From Justusliebigvirus VEcB, in the sequence record OZ035773.1: a stretch of 64,000 nucleotides of DNA; one strand, given 5' to 3'. The notes below the pieces were generated by a model. That model had not been told where the DNA came from. It ran no database searches and worked only from the letters and a program-made list of their open reading frames with translations. Shown one piece after another: positions 1 to 8,137 of this stretch (its first letter is position 1; each line of letters opens with the position of its first letter). A program made the translations under genes and the position numbers.

Positions 1-1
1 A

Positions 2-361
2 TTCCCTACTGGAACAGTTATTCATTGTGCAAGCGGTAAAAAACATGTTGTTACAGTAGGTGGTGCTTTCTTTAGTGCCAACGAGAAAATAAAAGCAACT
101 GTTACAGGTCAAACCTATCTACAGTCTAATGCTTTAAACTGGGCTAGTAATGGCTACGCTAAAGCAGCAGGTACTAAGATTGTTATTCCAGGTGCAGGTG
201 CAAATGGCGGCGATCTTGTGACAACTATAGCACGTGCTACATATGTGACAAATAGTTTGTACACAATAGATATTGCAGATCCAATTGTAACACCTACAGC
301 AGAGAATACACAAATCAAAGCTCTGAACCCTGTTACTTTTGTTACTGTCAATAATGCTTAA
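2..361 (+). CDS. 3' end of a structural (tail-associated) gene, partial at window edge
   Basis: Frame open from base 2 to TAA at 359-361; Gly/Ala/Thr-rich C-terminus; followed by a hairpin terminator. Confidence 0.4.
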   Translation, partial: FPTGTVIHCASGKKHVVTVGGAFFSANEKIKATVTGQTYLQSNALNWASNGYAKAAGTKIVIPGAGANGGDLVTTIARATYVTNSLYTIDIADPIVTPTAENTQIKALNPVTFVTVNNA

Positions 362-366
362 TTAAA

Positions 367-388
367 AAGGGGCGAAAGCCCCTTTATA
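367..388 (+). terminator. Rho-independent terminator
   Basis: GGGGC-gaaa-GCCCC hairpin followed by TTTAT. Confidence 0.5.
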
Positions 389-402
389 AAAGGAGTAGTA
401 AA

Positions 403-2364
403 GTGATTTTAACACGTCCAAATAGTGCCATTGCAGACATGGTAGAGTCTCGCTATAGAAAGCGTAGAAGTTTTGCAAGTGGTTTTACCTTAAGAGATGC
501 TCGTGAAGCATTGCTCTTTGAAACTGACGGTAACTACTATCAGTGGAAAGGTTCTCTACCTAAAGTTGTACCTGCTAACTCTACTCCTACATCTACTGGA
601 GGGATTTCAGATACAGCTTGGAAAAATGTGGGTAATGCAGATGACATTGCTCAAATAGAATCAGAATTAGATGCTATTGAAGCTGAAATTGAAGATCTTA
701 GAGAATCCATTCCAGAAGCTGGTAAATCAGCTTACCAGATTGCCGTAGACAATGGTTTCCAAGGTACTGAGACAGACTGGTTGGCTTCTTTAAAAGGTGA
801 TCCAGGCGCTCCATTAAAGCTGCTAGGGACGCTATCTAATACCAACCAATTACCTACAACTGGAAACAATGCAGGAGATGCATGGATTGTAGGCGAGAAT
901 ATGTATGCTTGGGATGGTACTGCTTGGAGAAAAGTAAACTCACAGGGGCCAGAAGGTAAATCAGCTTATCAAGTTTGGCTTGCAGCAGGAAACCAAGGTA
1001 CAGAACTAGATTATCTTGCTTCAATTAAAGGTGATAAAGGGGAGCCTGGCCCAGAGGGGCCACAAGGTGTGCCAGGTAACAATGCTAATGGTTTTGATTA
1101 CCAAGGTGCAGCTAATTCAGTTTCAGATCTTCCTTCTGCATCTCCTGGAAACACATCTCAAGCATGGAGTATTGGTACATATCTATACGTGTCAAACGGT
1201 GTAGAATGGATTAATATGGGTGCTATAGTGGGGCCAAAAGGAGATAAAGGCGACAAAGGAGATAAGGGTAACACTGGTGATTCTGCTTATCAAGTCTGGT
1301 TAAATGCTGGTAACGTTGGTACTATTGACGAATATATTGCCTCTCTGAAAGGAGAAAAAGGTGATAAGGGAGACAAGGGTAATCAAGGTGAGCAGGGTAT
1401 ACAAGGCTTAACGGGGCCAACAGGTGCAGGGTTGACCATTATTGATATTCTGACTGACACTTCTGAACTACCAGATACTGGAGAAGATGGTGATGGTTAT
1501 CTAATCAATAATGAACTTTGGGTTTGGTTGCAAGGAGCCACACAGTGGACAAACGTTGGTCGTTTAGCTGGTACTCCAATCACTGCAAAAGGACACGTTG
1601 CGTCTGCAAGTGCACTTCCTCCTACAGCCAATTACGGTGATGCTTATCTGACGGAAGATACAGGTCATCTTTACATTTACACCTATGATGAACAAACTCA
1701 AACTGCTGAATATGTAGATATGGGTAGTTTGAAAGGTGATAAGGGTGAGAAAGGTGACGCTGGTACTAACGGTACGGATGGTGCTACTTGGATTGTTAAA
1801 ACAACAGATCCAATTTCTAGTGATGGTAAACAAGGGGATTATGCCTTTAATATCTCCACTGGTGAGGTGTTCTTAAAAACCTCTACAACTGTCTGGACTT
1901 CTCAAGGTACACTACCTAGCATCACAGATGCACCTAGTGACGGTAAAATCTATGCTCGTAAAGATGGAGCATGGGAAGAACTCACTAGTTCTGTAGATGG
2001 TCAAGATATAGTTCCAACAAAAGTAACAACTAATTTTATAGAGGTTACAGCATACACCAACAACTCTGTTACAGGGGACTGGACACCTCCAGGAACACAT
2101 AACATGAATGTGTTGAATCTTACTGGTAACTCTACTATAAAAGCATGGCCTGGTGTCGAAGATAGCACAAAACCTAAACCATTCTCTGCAATAGTTTATC
2201 TTATCCAAGATGCCACTGGGGGTCGTACTGTTACTTTAGATCCATCTTACAAAGTAATTGGTTCTAGTGATATTAATACAGATCCTAACGGAGTAACAAT
2301 ACTACAACTAACATATTGTGGTGTTGGTGATTACGTGGATGCTATTGTTGCTAAACGCACATAA
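403..2364 (+). CDS. Tail fibre protein with collagen-like Gly-X-Y repeats
   Basis: GTG start after AGGAG; several GDKGDKGDKG / GEKGDKGDKGNQGEQGIQG collagen-like runs interleaved with three SAYQVWLxAGNxGTxxxYxASLKG repeats typical of phage fibres. Confidence 0.7.
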   Translation: MILTRPNSAIADMVESRYRKRRSFASGFTLRDAREALLFETDGNYYQWKGSLPKVVPANSTPTSTGGISDTAWKNVGNADDIAQIESELDAIEAEIEDLRESIPEAGKSAYQIAVDNGFQGTETDWLASLKGDPGAPLKLLGTLSNTNQLPTTGNNAGDAWIVGENMYAWDGTAWRKVNSQGPEGKSAYQVWLAAGNQGTELDYLASIKGDKGEPGPEGPQGVPGNNANGFDYQGAANSVSDLPSASPGNTSQAWSIGTYLYVSNGVEWINMGAIVGPKGDKGDKGDKGNTGDSAYQVWLNAGNVGTIDEYIASLKGEKGDKGDKGNQGEQGIQGLTGPTGAGLTIIDILTDTSELPDTGEDGDGYLINNELWVWLQGATQWTNVGRLAGTPITAKGHVASASALPPTANYGDAYLTEDTGHLYIYTYDEQTQTAEYVDMGSLKGDKGEKGDAGTNGTDGATWIVKTTDPISSDGKQGDYAFNISTGEVFLKTSTTVWTSQGTLPSITDAPSDGKIYARKDGAWEELTSSVDGQDIVPTKVTTNFIEVTAYTNNSVTGDWTPPGTHNMNVLNLTGNSTIKAWPGVEDSTKPKPFSAIVYLIQDATGGRTVTLDPSYKVIGSSDINTDPNGVTILQLTYCGVGDYVDAIVAKRT

Positions 2365-2367
2365 TCA

Positions 2368-2392
2368 AAGCCCCTTCGGGGGCTTATTGTTT
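2368..2392 (+). terminator. Rho-independent terminator
   Basis: AAGCCCC-ttcg-GGGGCTT hairpin then T-rich. Confidence 0.55.
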
Positions 2393-2403
2393 AAGGAGAT
2401 TAA

Positions 2404-4290
2404 ATGTATCCTATTCCTTTATTTATGTCAACAACATCAGCTTCAGTAGTAACAGCTACATCTATAACTACTTCCTCTATTGGTATTGCAATAGTTGGTG
2501 GTAAAAAACAACTGACATACACAGTTACACCCGAAGATGGTGCGTTATTTGATATAGCTTTTTCATCTTCAGATAATACCAAAATGGTTATAGATAATAA
2601 TGGTATGATGGAGTTTGTTGCTGAAGGTGGTTTTGATGCAATAATGACAGCTAAAAATAATTTAGGTGCTGTCTTAACTGATCAATCTGGTGGTTATGCT
2701 TCAGAATTAAGTGTGTACACTGAAAGTCTATCGGCTATGGATGTAGGCACTACTCAACAGTTGGTTGCTACAATCCGTCCAGAAGGTGCTAAAGACCTTC
2801 CAGACATGGTAATTACATACACCACAACAGATCCAGAAGTAGCTACTGTAAGCCCTACAGGATTAATAACTGCTCTTAAAGATGGCAATTGCCGTATAGG
2901 TTGTACTGCAACGTATCAAGGAACAGTTGTGGCCTCTGATAGTTCTTATTTAGGTGTTAATGCTATTCCTGTTATTTCTAATGTAACAGCCGTGGCAAAC
3001 AGTTATGGAGACGTTCGTGTTGCTTGGGATGTAACTGATCCGCTAGATGGTGATACTTATACTGTAGAAGTATTAGATTTAAGTGATAATAGTGTCCAGT
3101 GGACTACAACAACCACGAATACTTACGCCTACTTTGATATCTCTGACTCTATTCCTCTTTATGGGTTTGCTCCAACATACCTTAAAATTAGCGTTAAGAG
3201 CACCAAAGCAGCAGCCGTTATCTTTAATAACTCAATAGCTACAGATGATTCATTCATTAAAGAAGTTATTGTCTTTGCTGGACAAGATAACGTAAATGCA
3301 CACTTTACAGAACTATCTGGTGCAAATAAAGCAGCAATGAGTAGCACAACAGCCCGTAATGCATATGCTACGCAACGTGGTTTAGCAAATGCTGAAGTTC
3401 TTCCGTTAAATACAGCTTCTGGATCATCAGCAGCAGATAAATATGCAGATGATAAAGCTGGAACAGGTACACCAGACAACTACTGGTATGATCTGGATAA
3501 TACAACAGATGGGCCATGCTTAACTAACTTTATCACTAAAGTCACACCTTATGCAAGTAAGGTTAAAGCAATTATTTGGGGACAAGGTGAAAATGATGCT
3601 GTATCAGCATCTTCAACTGTTGCAGGTAGGTACAGTAACACTACACGTTACCATGATGCTACAATAGCTATCTTTGATAAGATGCGTACAATAGTTCCTG
3701 CTTCTCAAGCAAAAATTGTTTGGCAGATCCTAGGACGTTCTTATTTATATGGTGTAGAAGTTAATGGTGTGGATTGGCAGAAGTACAGAAATGTACAAAG
3801 AACCATCTCTACAGCACGTGATGATGTTATCATTGGTTCTTGGGTAGATGGTGCTGAACGTTACAGTGGCTATGTTTATGAAGAAGGTATTGATGGTCGT
3901 ATCCATTATATTTCTTCTGTATACCAAACAGCAGCTACAAAACTTGCTAAATCAGCAGCAGACGGTACAGACTTAACATCAACGTCACCTGTTTGGGTTG
4001 ATATGTCTGTTCCAACAGGAGGAGCCGCTGTAAGACAAGCTAACCAAGATGTAATTATCTCTTGGGAACCAGCAGGATATACTAAACATTACTTCCGAAA
4101 TGTAAACGTCCTCACAGCAGCAATTCTTACAGAACAAACCCTGGGTACTAACACTTACACATTTACTTATGCAGATCAGGTTGAACAATATGGATTTGCA
4201 GCAGGTACAACAGCGTTTGATGTTGCACACTATGATGCTGATAATGACGTGTTATCACCTCTTGTCAGATTTACAGTCAATGTTACATAA
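2404..4290 (+). CDS. Tail fibre/tailspike-like protein with Ig-like domain and SASA/SGNH-type carbohydrate esterase-like domain
   Basis: AAGGAG RBS; N-terminal Ig-like (BIG2-type) segment; central IIWGQGENDA motif resembling sialate-O-acetylesterase-type esterases. Confidence 0.5.
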   Translation: MYPIPLFMSTTSASVVTATSITTSSIGIAIVGGKKQLTYTVTPEDGALFDIAFSSSDNTKMVIDNNGMMEFVAEGGFDAIMTAKNNLGAVLTDQSGGYASELSVYTESLSAMDVGTTQQLVATIRPEGAKDLPDMVITYTTTDPEVATVSPTGLITALKDGNCRIGCTATYQGTVVASDSSYLGVNAIPVISNVTAVANSYGDVRVAWDVTDPLDGDTYTVEVLDLSDNSVQWTTTTTNTYAYFDISDSIPLYGFAPTYLKISVKSTKAAAVIFNNSIATDDSFIKEVIVFAGQDNVNAHFTELSGANKAAMSSTTARNAYATQRGLANAEVLPLNTASGSSAADKYADDKAGTGTPDNYWYDLDNTTDGPCLTNFITKVTPYASKVKAIIWGQGENDAVSASSTVAGRYSNTTRYHDATIAIFDKMRTIVPASQAKIVWQILGRSYLYGVEVNGVDWQKYRNVQRTISTARDDVIIGSWVDGAERYSGYVYEEGIDGRIHYISSVYQTAATKLAKSAADGTDLTSTSPVWVDMSVPTGGAAVRQANQDVIISWEPAGYTKHYFRNVNVLTAAILTEQTLGTNTYTFTYADQVEQYGFAAGTTAFDVAHYDADNDVLSPLVRFTVNVT

Positions 4291-4293
4291 ACA

Positions 4294-4322
4294 AAAAGGA
4301 GCCAATAGGCTCCTTTTCTTTT
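4294..4322. terminator. Bidirectional terminator between convergent gene blocks
   Basis: AAAGGAGCC-aata-GGCTCCTTT hairpin flanked by A-run and T-run, at a plus/minus convergence point. Confidence 0.65.
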
Positions 4323-4325
4323 ATC

Positions 4326-4757
4326 TTAATCAGTGAAAATTACGCTTACATCTTCTTTAGAGAAGAGTTTATGATCTTCACCTTTTGTCTCAAGAGTTTC
4401 ATACAGGTTAAGAAGTTCTGAAACATCTTTCTCTACCAGTTTCTTCAATGTTGCAATTTTCTGTTTGCGATTCTTAATACGTTCAGCTACAACCTTACGC
4501 TGGTATCCGGCAGTACGATAACCTGAGAAAGTTACACCAGTGAGACTTGCAGTTACAGGATCGTAGTGACGTTCAATCTGAAATTTATTAAAAGGTACAG
4601 CGTCATCACGAATAATCTTACCGCCATTACTTACTTGACGAAGACCAGTAACTTGTTCCAGTCGTGCCATAGAAATCTTTGGAGACAGACCAGAGTCCAG
4701 GTTCATACCATTGTTAATCAGTGCTTTCAGGGTGATTTTGCTGTTCAGTGTACTCAT
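4326..4757 (-). CDS. Hypothetical protein
   Basis: ORF with GGAGGA RBS 8 nt upstream of the ATG at 4757; overlaps the upstream methylase ORF by 44 nt. Confidence 0.45.
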   Translation of the reverse strand: MSTLNSKITLKALINNGMNLDSGLSPKISMARLEQVTGLRQVSNGGKIIRDDAVPFNKFQIERHYDPVTASLTGVTFSGYRTAGYQRKVVAERIKNRKQKIATLKKLVEKDVSELLNLYETLETKGEDHKLFSKEDVSVIFTD

Positions 4758-5445
4758 TTAATCGTTCCTCCGCTTGCTTAAAAATATTTACATCGGCTTC
4801 ACAGCCTAAGTATTCTCTACCTGTTAAAAGTGCCGCAACTTGTGTTGTTGCACTTCCAGAGAAGAAGTCTAAGACTACATCTCCTTCGTTGGTGTGTATA
4901 TTAATAAGGTCACAAAACAAAGTCAAGTGTTTTTGTGTTGGATGAAAACGATCTGCTCCTTGATAGATAGGATACTCAAACACACCCTTATGGTAGGAAG
5001 CATTGAAGGTTGGCTTCGAACCTTTAACACAAACAATAGCCATCTCTTTAGCGTTACTAAGATAGTTAACACCACTGTTGATGGGTACAGGGTTTGTTTT
5101 AATCCATTCAATAGTACGGAACATACGAAAACCAAGCGGTTCAAGGATTTCACGTAGCTCCTGGATCTTCCAGATATCATACCAAACTATGCAAGTACCA
5201 CCTTTTCTAAGTACCCTATAGGCTTCTTTGAATACTTCTTTAAAGTAAGGAATATCTACAACATCCCAATCACCAAAGTTGTAAGATACACGGAATCTAT
5301 CTGTATCTTTTCCAGTAGGCTCTCCAGATTGAAAATTTGTGTCACGAGAAATAGCATATGGTGGGTCAGTAAGAATCAAATCTACACTGTTGCTTTCGAG
5401 GGTTTGCAGGTAGTTTAATGCGGTGTTGTTTACAAATTCGCTCAT
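4714..5445 (-). CDS. DNA methyltransferase (beta-class N6-adenine/N4-cytosine)
   Basis: DPPY catalytic motif (LILTDPPYAI) N-terminal, SAM-binding FxGSxTT-like motif (VVLDFFSGSATT) C-terminal. Confidence 0.75.
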   Translation of the reverse strand: MSEFVNNTALNYLQTLESNSVDLILTDPPYAISRDTNFQSGEPTGKDTDRFRVSYNFGDWDVVDIPYFKEVFKEAYRVLRKGGTCIVWYDIWKIQELREILEPLGFRMFRTIEWIKTNPVPINSGVNYLSNAKEMAIVCVKGSKPTFNASYHKGVFEYPIYQGADRFHPTQKHLTLFCDLINIHTNEGDVVLDFFSGSATTQVAALLTGREYLGCEADVNIFKQAEERLNEYTEQQNHPESTD

Positions 5446-5461
5446 TATATCTCCTTCAAAG

Positions 5462-5486
5462 AAAAGGAGCCGTTAGGCTCCTTATA
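5462..5486 (-). terminator. Rho-independent terminator (minus strand)
   Basis: AGGAGCC-taac-GGCTCCT hairpin followed by TTTCTTTG on the minus strand. Confidence 0.5.
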
Positions 5487-5505
5487 TTCACACAATATTT
5501 AACTA

Positions 5506-6453
5506 TTAGAAACAGTGCAGGAAGTTTCGACCATACTGCAAACCAATAGGAGCAAATGGGATATCATCATCGAAATCTTGAACAACAGGTTCTGGTTCTT
5601 TCGGTGCTGGCTCTTTCTTCTCTACTTTTTTAGTTTCTTTCTTAACTTCTTGTACTGGGGTAGACATTCCACGGATAGCAGCAGCTACTTTATCAGACAA
5701 AGCAAGAACTTCACGAGCAGATTCAATAATCTCTTCTGCCGTTACAGTTTTACCTGTATGATCACGACAAGCGTTAAGAATTGCGTGTCCAACTGAAGCA
5801 CCAAGATCATAATCAGTCACATCAACGCCACGATCTTTGGCAATTTCTGCTTTCAGGGTAACAGTTGCAGATTGTACCACACCAGCCAAGTCGAAAGCAT
5901 CACCTTTCACACCAGCACGTAGAAGCTCCAGAGCGCCATTTACAGCGTGTCCTGTTTCAATCCCTACAGTATCACGTTTTTTGTAGTTAGGCTTGCTACC
6001 TTCGTTATTAGATGGCTTATTTCCACCTTTTGAAGAAGATTGTGCTTGCTGAACACCTTCTGTTGAAAGAACAGTGATTTTACCTTTAGAGGAGTTGTAG
6101 TATGTTTTGCCATTCCATTCGGAAGGTTTAACATCCATAGTTACTTCTACACCTTTTTCGATAGTAATCCACTTATCACCATCTTTAACTTGCAGGTTTT
6201 CATGTTCTGGGTGCAGTTTAACTTCACCTAGGCTAACCCAAACACCTTTATCATCAGCACCAGCACCTTTCTCTTTAATAAGCAGAGATGCTTTGTGAGT
6301 TGATTCAATTTTCTTATCTGGCTGACCTGCAACCTTAATATAAGAGACTTTCATTTCATCAAACTTATCCAGTTTGACATATTCAACGATACCTTCAGCC
6401 CAGAATGCTTCTTTTTTAGTACGACGGTCGATTTCAGAATTAATTACTGGCAT
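5506..6453 (-). CDS. Putative ssDNA-binding protein-like
   Basis: Acidic DFDDDIPF motif (SSB C-terminal tail signature) near the C-terminus, followed by an unusual 15-residue extension; Gly/Ser-rich linker. Confidence 0.4.
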   Translation of the reverse strand: MPVINSEIDRRTKKEAFWAEGIVEYVKLDKFDEMKVSYIKVAGQPDKKIESTHKASLLIKEKGAGADDKGVWVSLGEVKLHPEHENLQVKDGDKWITIEKGVEVTMDVKPSEWNGKTYYNSSKGKITVLSTEGVQQAQSSSKGGNKPSNNEGSKPNYKKRDTVGIETGHAVNGALELLRAGVKGDAFDLAGVVQSATVTLKAEIAKDRGVDVTDYDLGASVGHAILNACRDHTGKTVTAEEIIESAREVLALSDKVAAAIRGMSTPVQEVKKETKKVEKKEPAPKEPEPVVQDFDDDIPFAPIGLQYGRNFLHCF

Positions 6454-6469
6454 AAATTCTCCTCTATAA

Positions 6470-6868
6470 TTACATTACTTTAACACAAAACTCTCGTAAA
6501 AGAGTAGCGTCAGTTTCTTCCAACAGGTATTTACCAAGACCAATACCAAATCCTATTTCACCACTTTCGAAATGGAGGATTTGTATCTTTTCTCCACCAA
6601 GGTTAATTACTTTTGCTTTTCCAGGATTATCCAAAACATCTCGTATTGTATCCTGTAGTAGCATTAGTTCACGCTTTGTGATAGTGGTTTCAGATATCTC
6701 TTTGTTTTCTACCCTCACTGTTAAACGATTGTATCCACCAAAGAGACATAGTATTTGAATAAAAAAGGTATTATCTTGAGGTTCAACATCTTTTTTAGTT
6801 AGCTCAAGACGATTAGTTTCTCTACTATAGAACGTCTCGACTAAGATTTTAGAACGATTATCTGTCAT
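6470..6868 (-). CDS. Hypothetical protein
   Basis: Intact ORF in the same-strand array; no recognisable motif. Confidence 0.45.
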   Translation of the reverse strand: MTDNRSKILVETFYSRETNRLELTKKDVEPQDNTFFIQILCLFGGYNRLTVRVENKEISETTITKRELMLLQDTIRDVLDNPGKAKVINLGGEKIQILHFESGEIGFGIGLGKYLLEETDATLLREFCVKVM

Positions 6869-6911
6869 TCAAGTCCTCATAATAACACATAATTATAATG
6901 TTTGTCAACAC

Positions 6912-7526
6912 TTAAATCTTAAATTCTTCGTTGTTAAATGAATCCAGTGTACGTACTTCTGGTTCTTTGGGAATGAAAACGTCTTTTACAAAGCGGAACA
7001 TAGGGAAACGTTCTGCCATTTTACGGACGTGTGCTTCTTTACCTGTGTATCGGTGATTAATAGTACAAATATTAGTTTTCAGTGCAAATTCAAAATCTGG
7101 ATGATATACATAATTTTGACCATCCCAGTAACACAAGCAAATAGCTACATCAAAGTTCCATACGATTTCACTGCGTACACCTTCTTCCATGATCATAAAG
7201 TTAAACTTAAGATCTTTATAGTATGCTTCAAATACCCATTTCAAATGTGGTAGTTCGGCATAAGTGTGTTCTGTTTGCTTAGTAAGTTGTTTAACATTAC
7301 GTGCACCAACACCCAACATCAAAAATTTCTCTACTAATACGAGTGTATTGTGGTTAGGCATACGCAAGTAAATGTCAATATCTTGCGCAGGTTTCTCTAA
7401 TCGCCAATCACGTACAGCGCCGCCAGCTACAATTGCAAACGGATCTACCAGTTGGCACATACGTAATACTTCTAAAGCTCGTACTTTTTGATCTTCAATA
7501 TTCATATTTTCTCCTATCGTGTCCAC
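6912..7526 (-). CDS. Nucleotidyltransferase, tRNA-NT/poly(A) polymerase head-domain-like
   Basis: VAGGAVRDWRL...DIDIYL matches the GGAVRD ... DxD signature of the CCA-adding/poly(A) polymerase family; only 204 aa (head domain only). Confidence 0.5.
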   Translation of the reverse strand: MDTIGENMNIEDQKVRALEVLRMCQLVDPFAIVAGGAVRDWRLEKPAQDIDIYLRMPNHNTLVLVEKFLMLGVGARNVKQLTKQTEHTYAELPHLKWVFEAYYKDLKFNFMIMEEGVRSEIVWNFDVAICLCYWDGQNYVYHPDFEFALKTNICTINHRYTGKEAHVRKMAERFPMFRFVKDVFIPKEPEVRTLDSFNNEEFKI

Positions 7527-8110
7527 TCTTTATGTTGTTCTACATGCTCAAGCATTTCATTATATAGTGCTTTAAGATGTGGAACAACTCTTTCATCTTC
7601 AGTTTCAAAGAATTTTGTAAGCTGTTCTGCCTTAGCCTTCAACCAGCAAAGATGTGCTTCAATTTCAGTATTAAAACGTCCCAGCGTTATAACACGTCCA
7701 TCGCGTTGAATATGGGCTTTATACTTTTTACGATCTTTTTCGTAACTACAACCTACCATAGTTCCATGAGATCTTTTACTTACTCTATAAGCTAAGAACT
7801 TGTTAAGATCTCCTGTTACTAAAAGACAGGTATCGGGAGAGTAAACTCTCCCTCCTATAATATCTTTATCAAGTTCTAAGTTTTCCCAGTTATCCCACGT
7901 TTGCAACCAAGAATAGAAATTGGAGAACAACTTCCATTCTTCACAAACCGTCACCCCATTATAACACGGATCACGTTCTTGTTGACAAGGGGAGTAACAC
8001 CTCCCCAACATAGCCATCCATTTCATATAATGCGGCGTTAGTTTCTTACTACCAGGTAGTGTACTCTCGCCTTCCAAATCATTAATACCTTCACCATATA
8101 CGGTAAGCAT
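7514..8110 (-). CDS. HNH-family homing endonuclease with AP2-like DNA-binding domain
   Basis: WMAMLGRCYSP...YNGVTVCEEW...LDKDI...YSPDTC pattern typical of phage HNH endonucleases; C-terminal RDGRVITLGRFNTEIEAH AP2-like segment. Confidence 0.55.
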   Translation of the reverse strand: MLTVYGEGINDLEGESTLPGSKKLTPHYMKWMAMLGRCYSPCQQERDPCYNGVTVCEEWKLFSNFYSWLQTWDNWENLELDKDIIGGRVYSPDTCLLVTGDLNKFLAYRVSKRSHGTMVGCSYEKDRKKYKAHIQRDGRVITLGRFNTEIEAHLCWLKAKAEQLTKFFETEDERVVPHLKALYNEMLEHVEQHKEWTR

Positions 8111-8137
8111 AAAAACTCCTTTAAAATCAAAGAGATG

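Noticed and set aside
154-351. 65-aa minus-strand ORF
   Set aside because: Lies entirely within the plus-strand frame that ends at 361 and is followed by a terminator; no RBS; likely a chance antisense ORF.
1016-4230. Several 60-106 aa ORFs nested in or antisense to the two tail-fibre genes (1016-1204, 1564-1833, 1912-2208, 2400-2582, 3159-3479, 3745-3927, 3985-4230)
   Set aside because: All are embedded in long, well-supported fibre genes and have low-complexity, Cys/Phe-rich translations typical of out-of-frame reads.
4714-4757. 44-nt overlap between the methyltransferase 3' end and the downstream gene start as evidence of a frameshift or pseudogene
   Set aside because: Both frames are intact and the downstream start has a strong GGAGGA RBS; the overlap is more simply a genuine gene overlap, though a shorter alternative start (4706) cannot be excluded.
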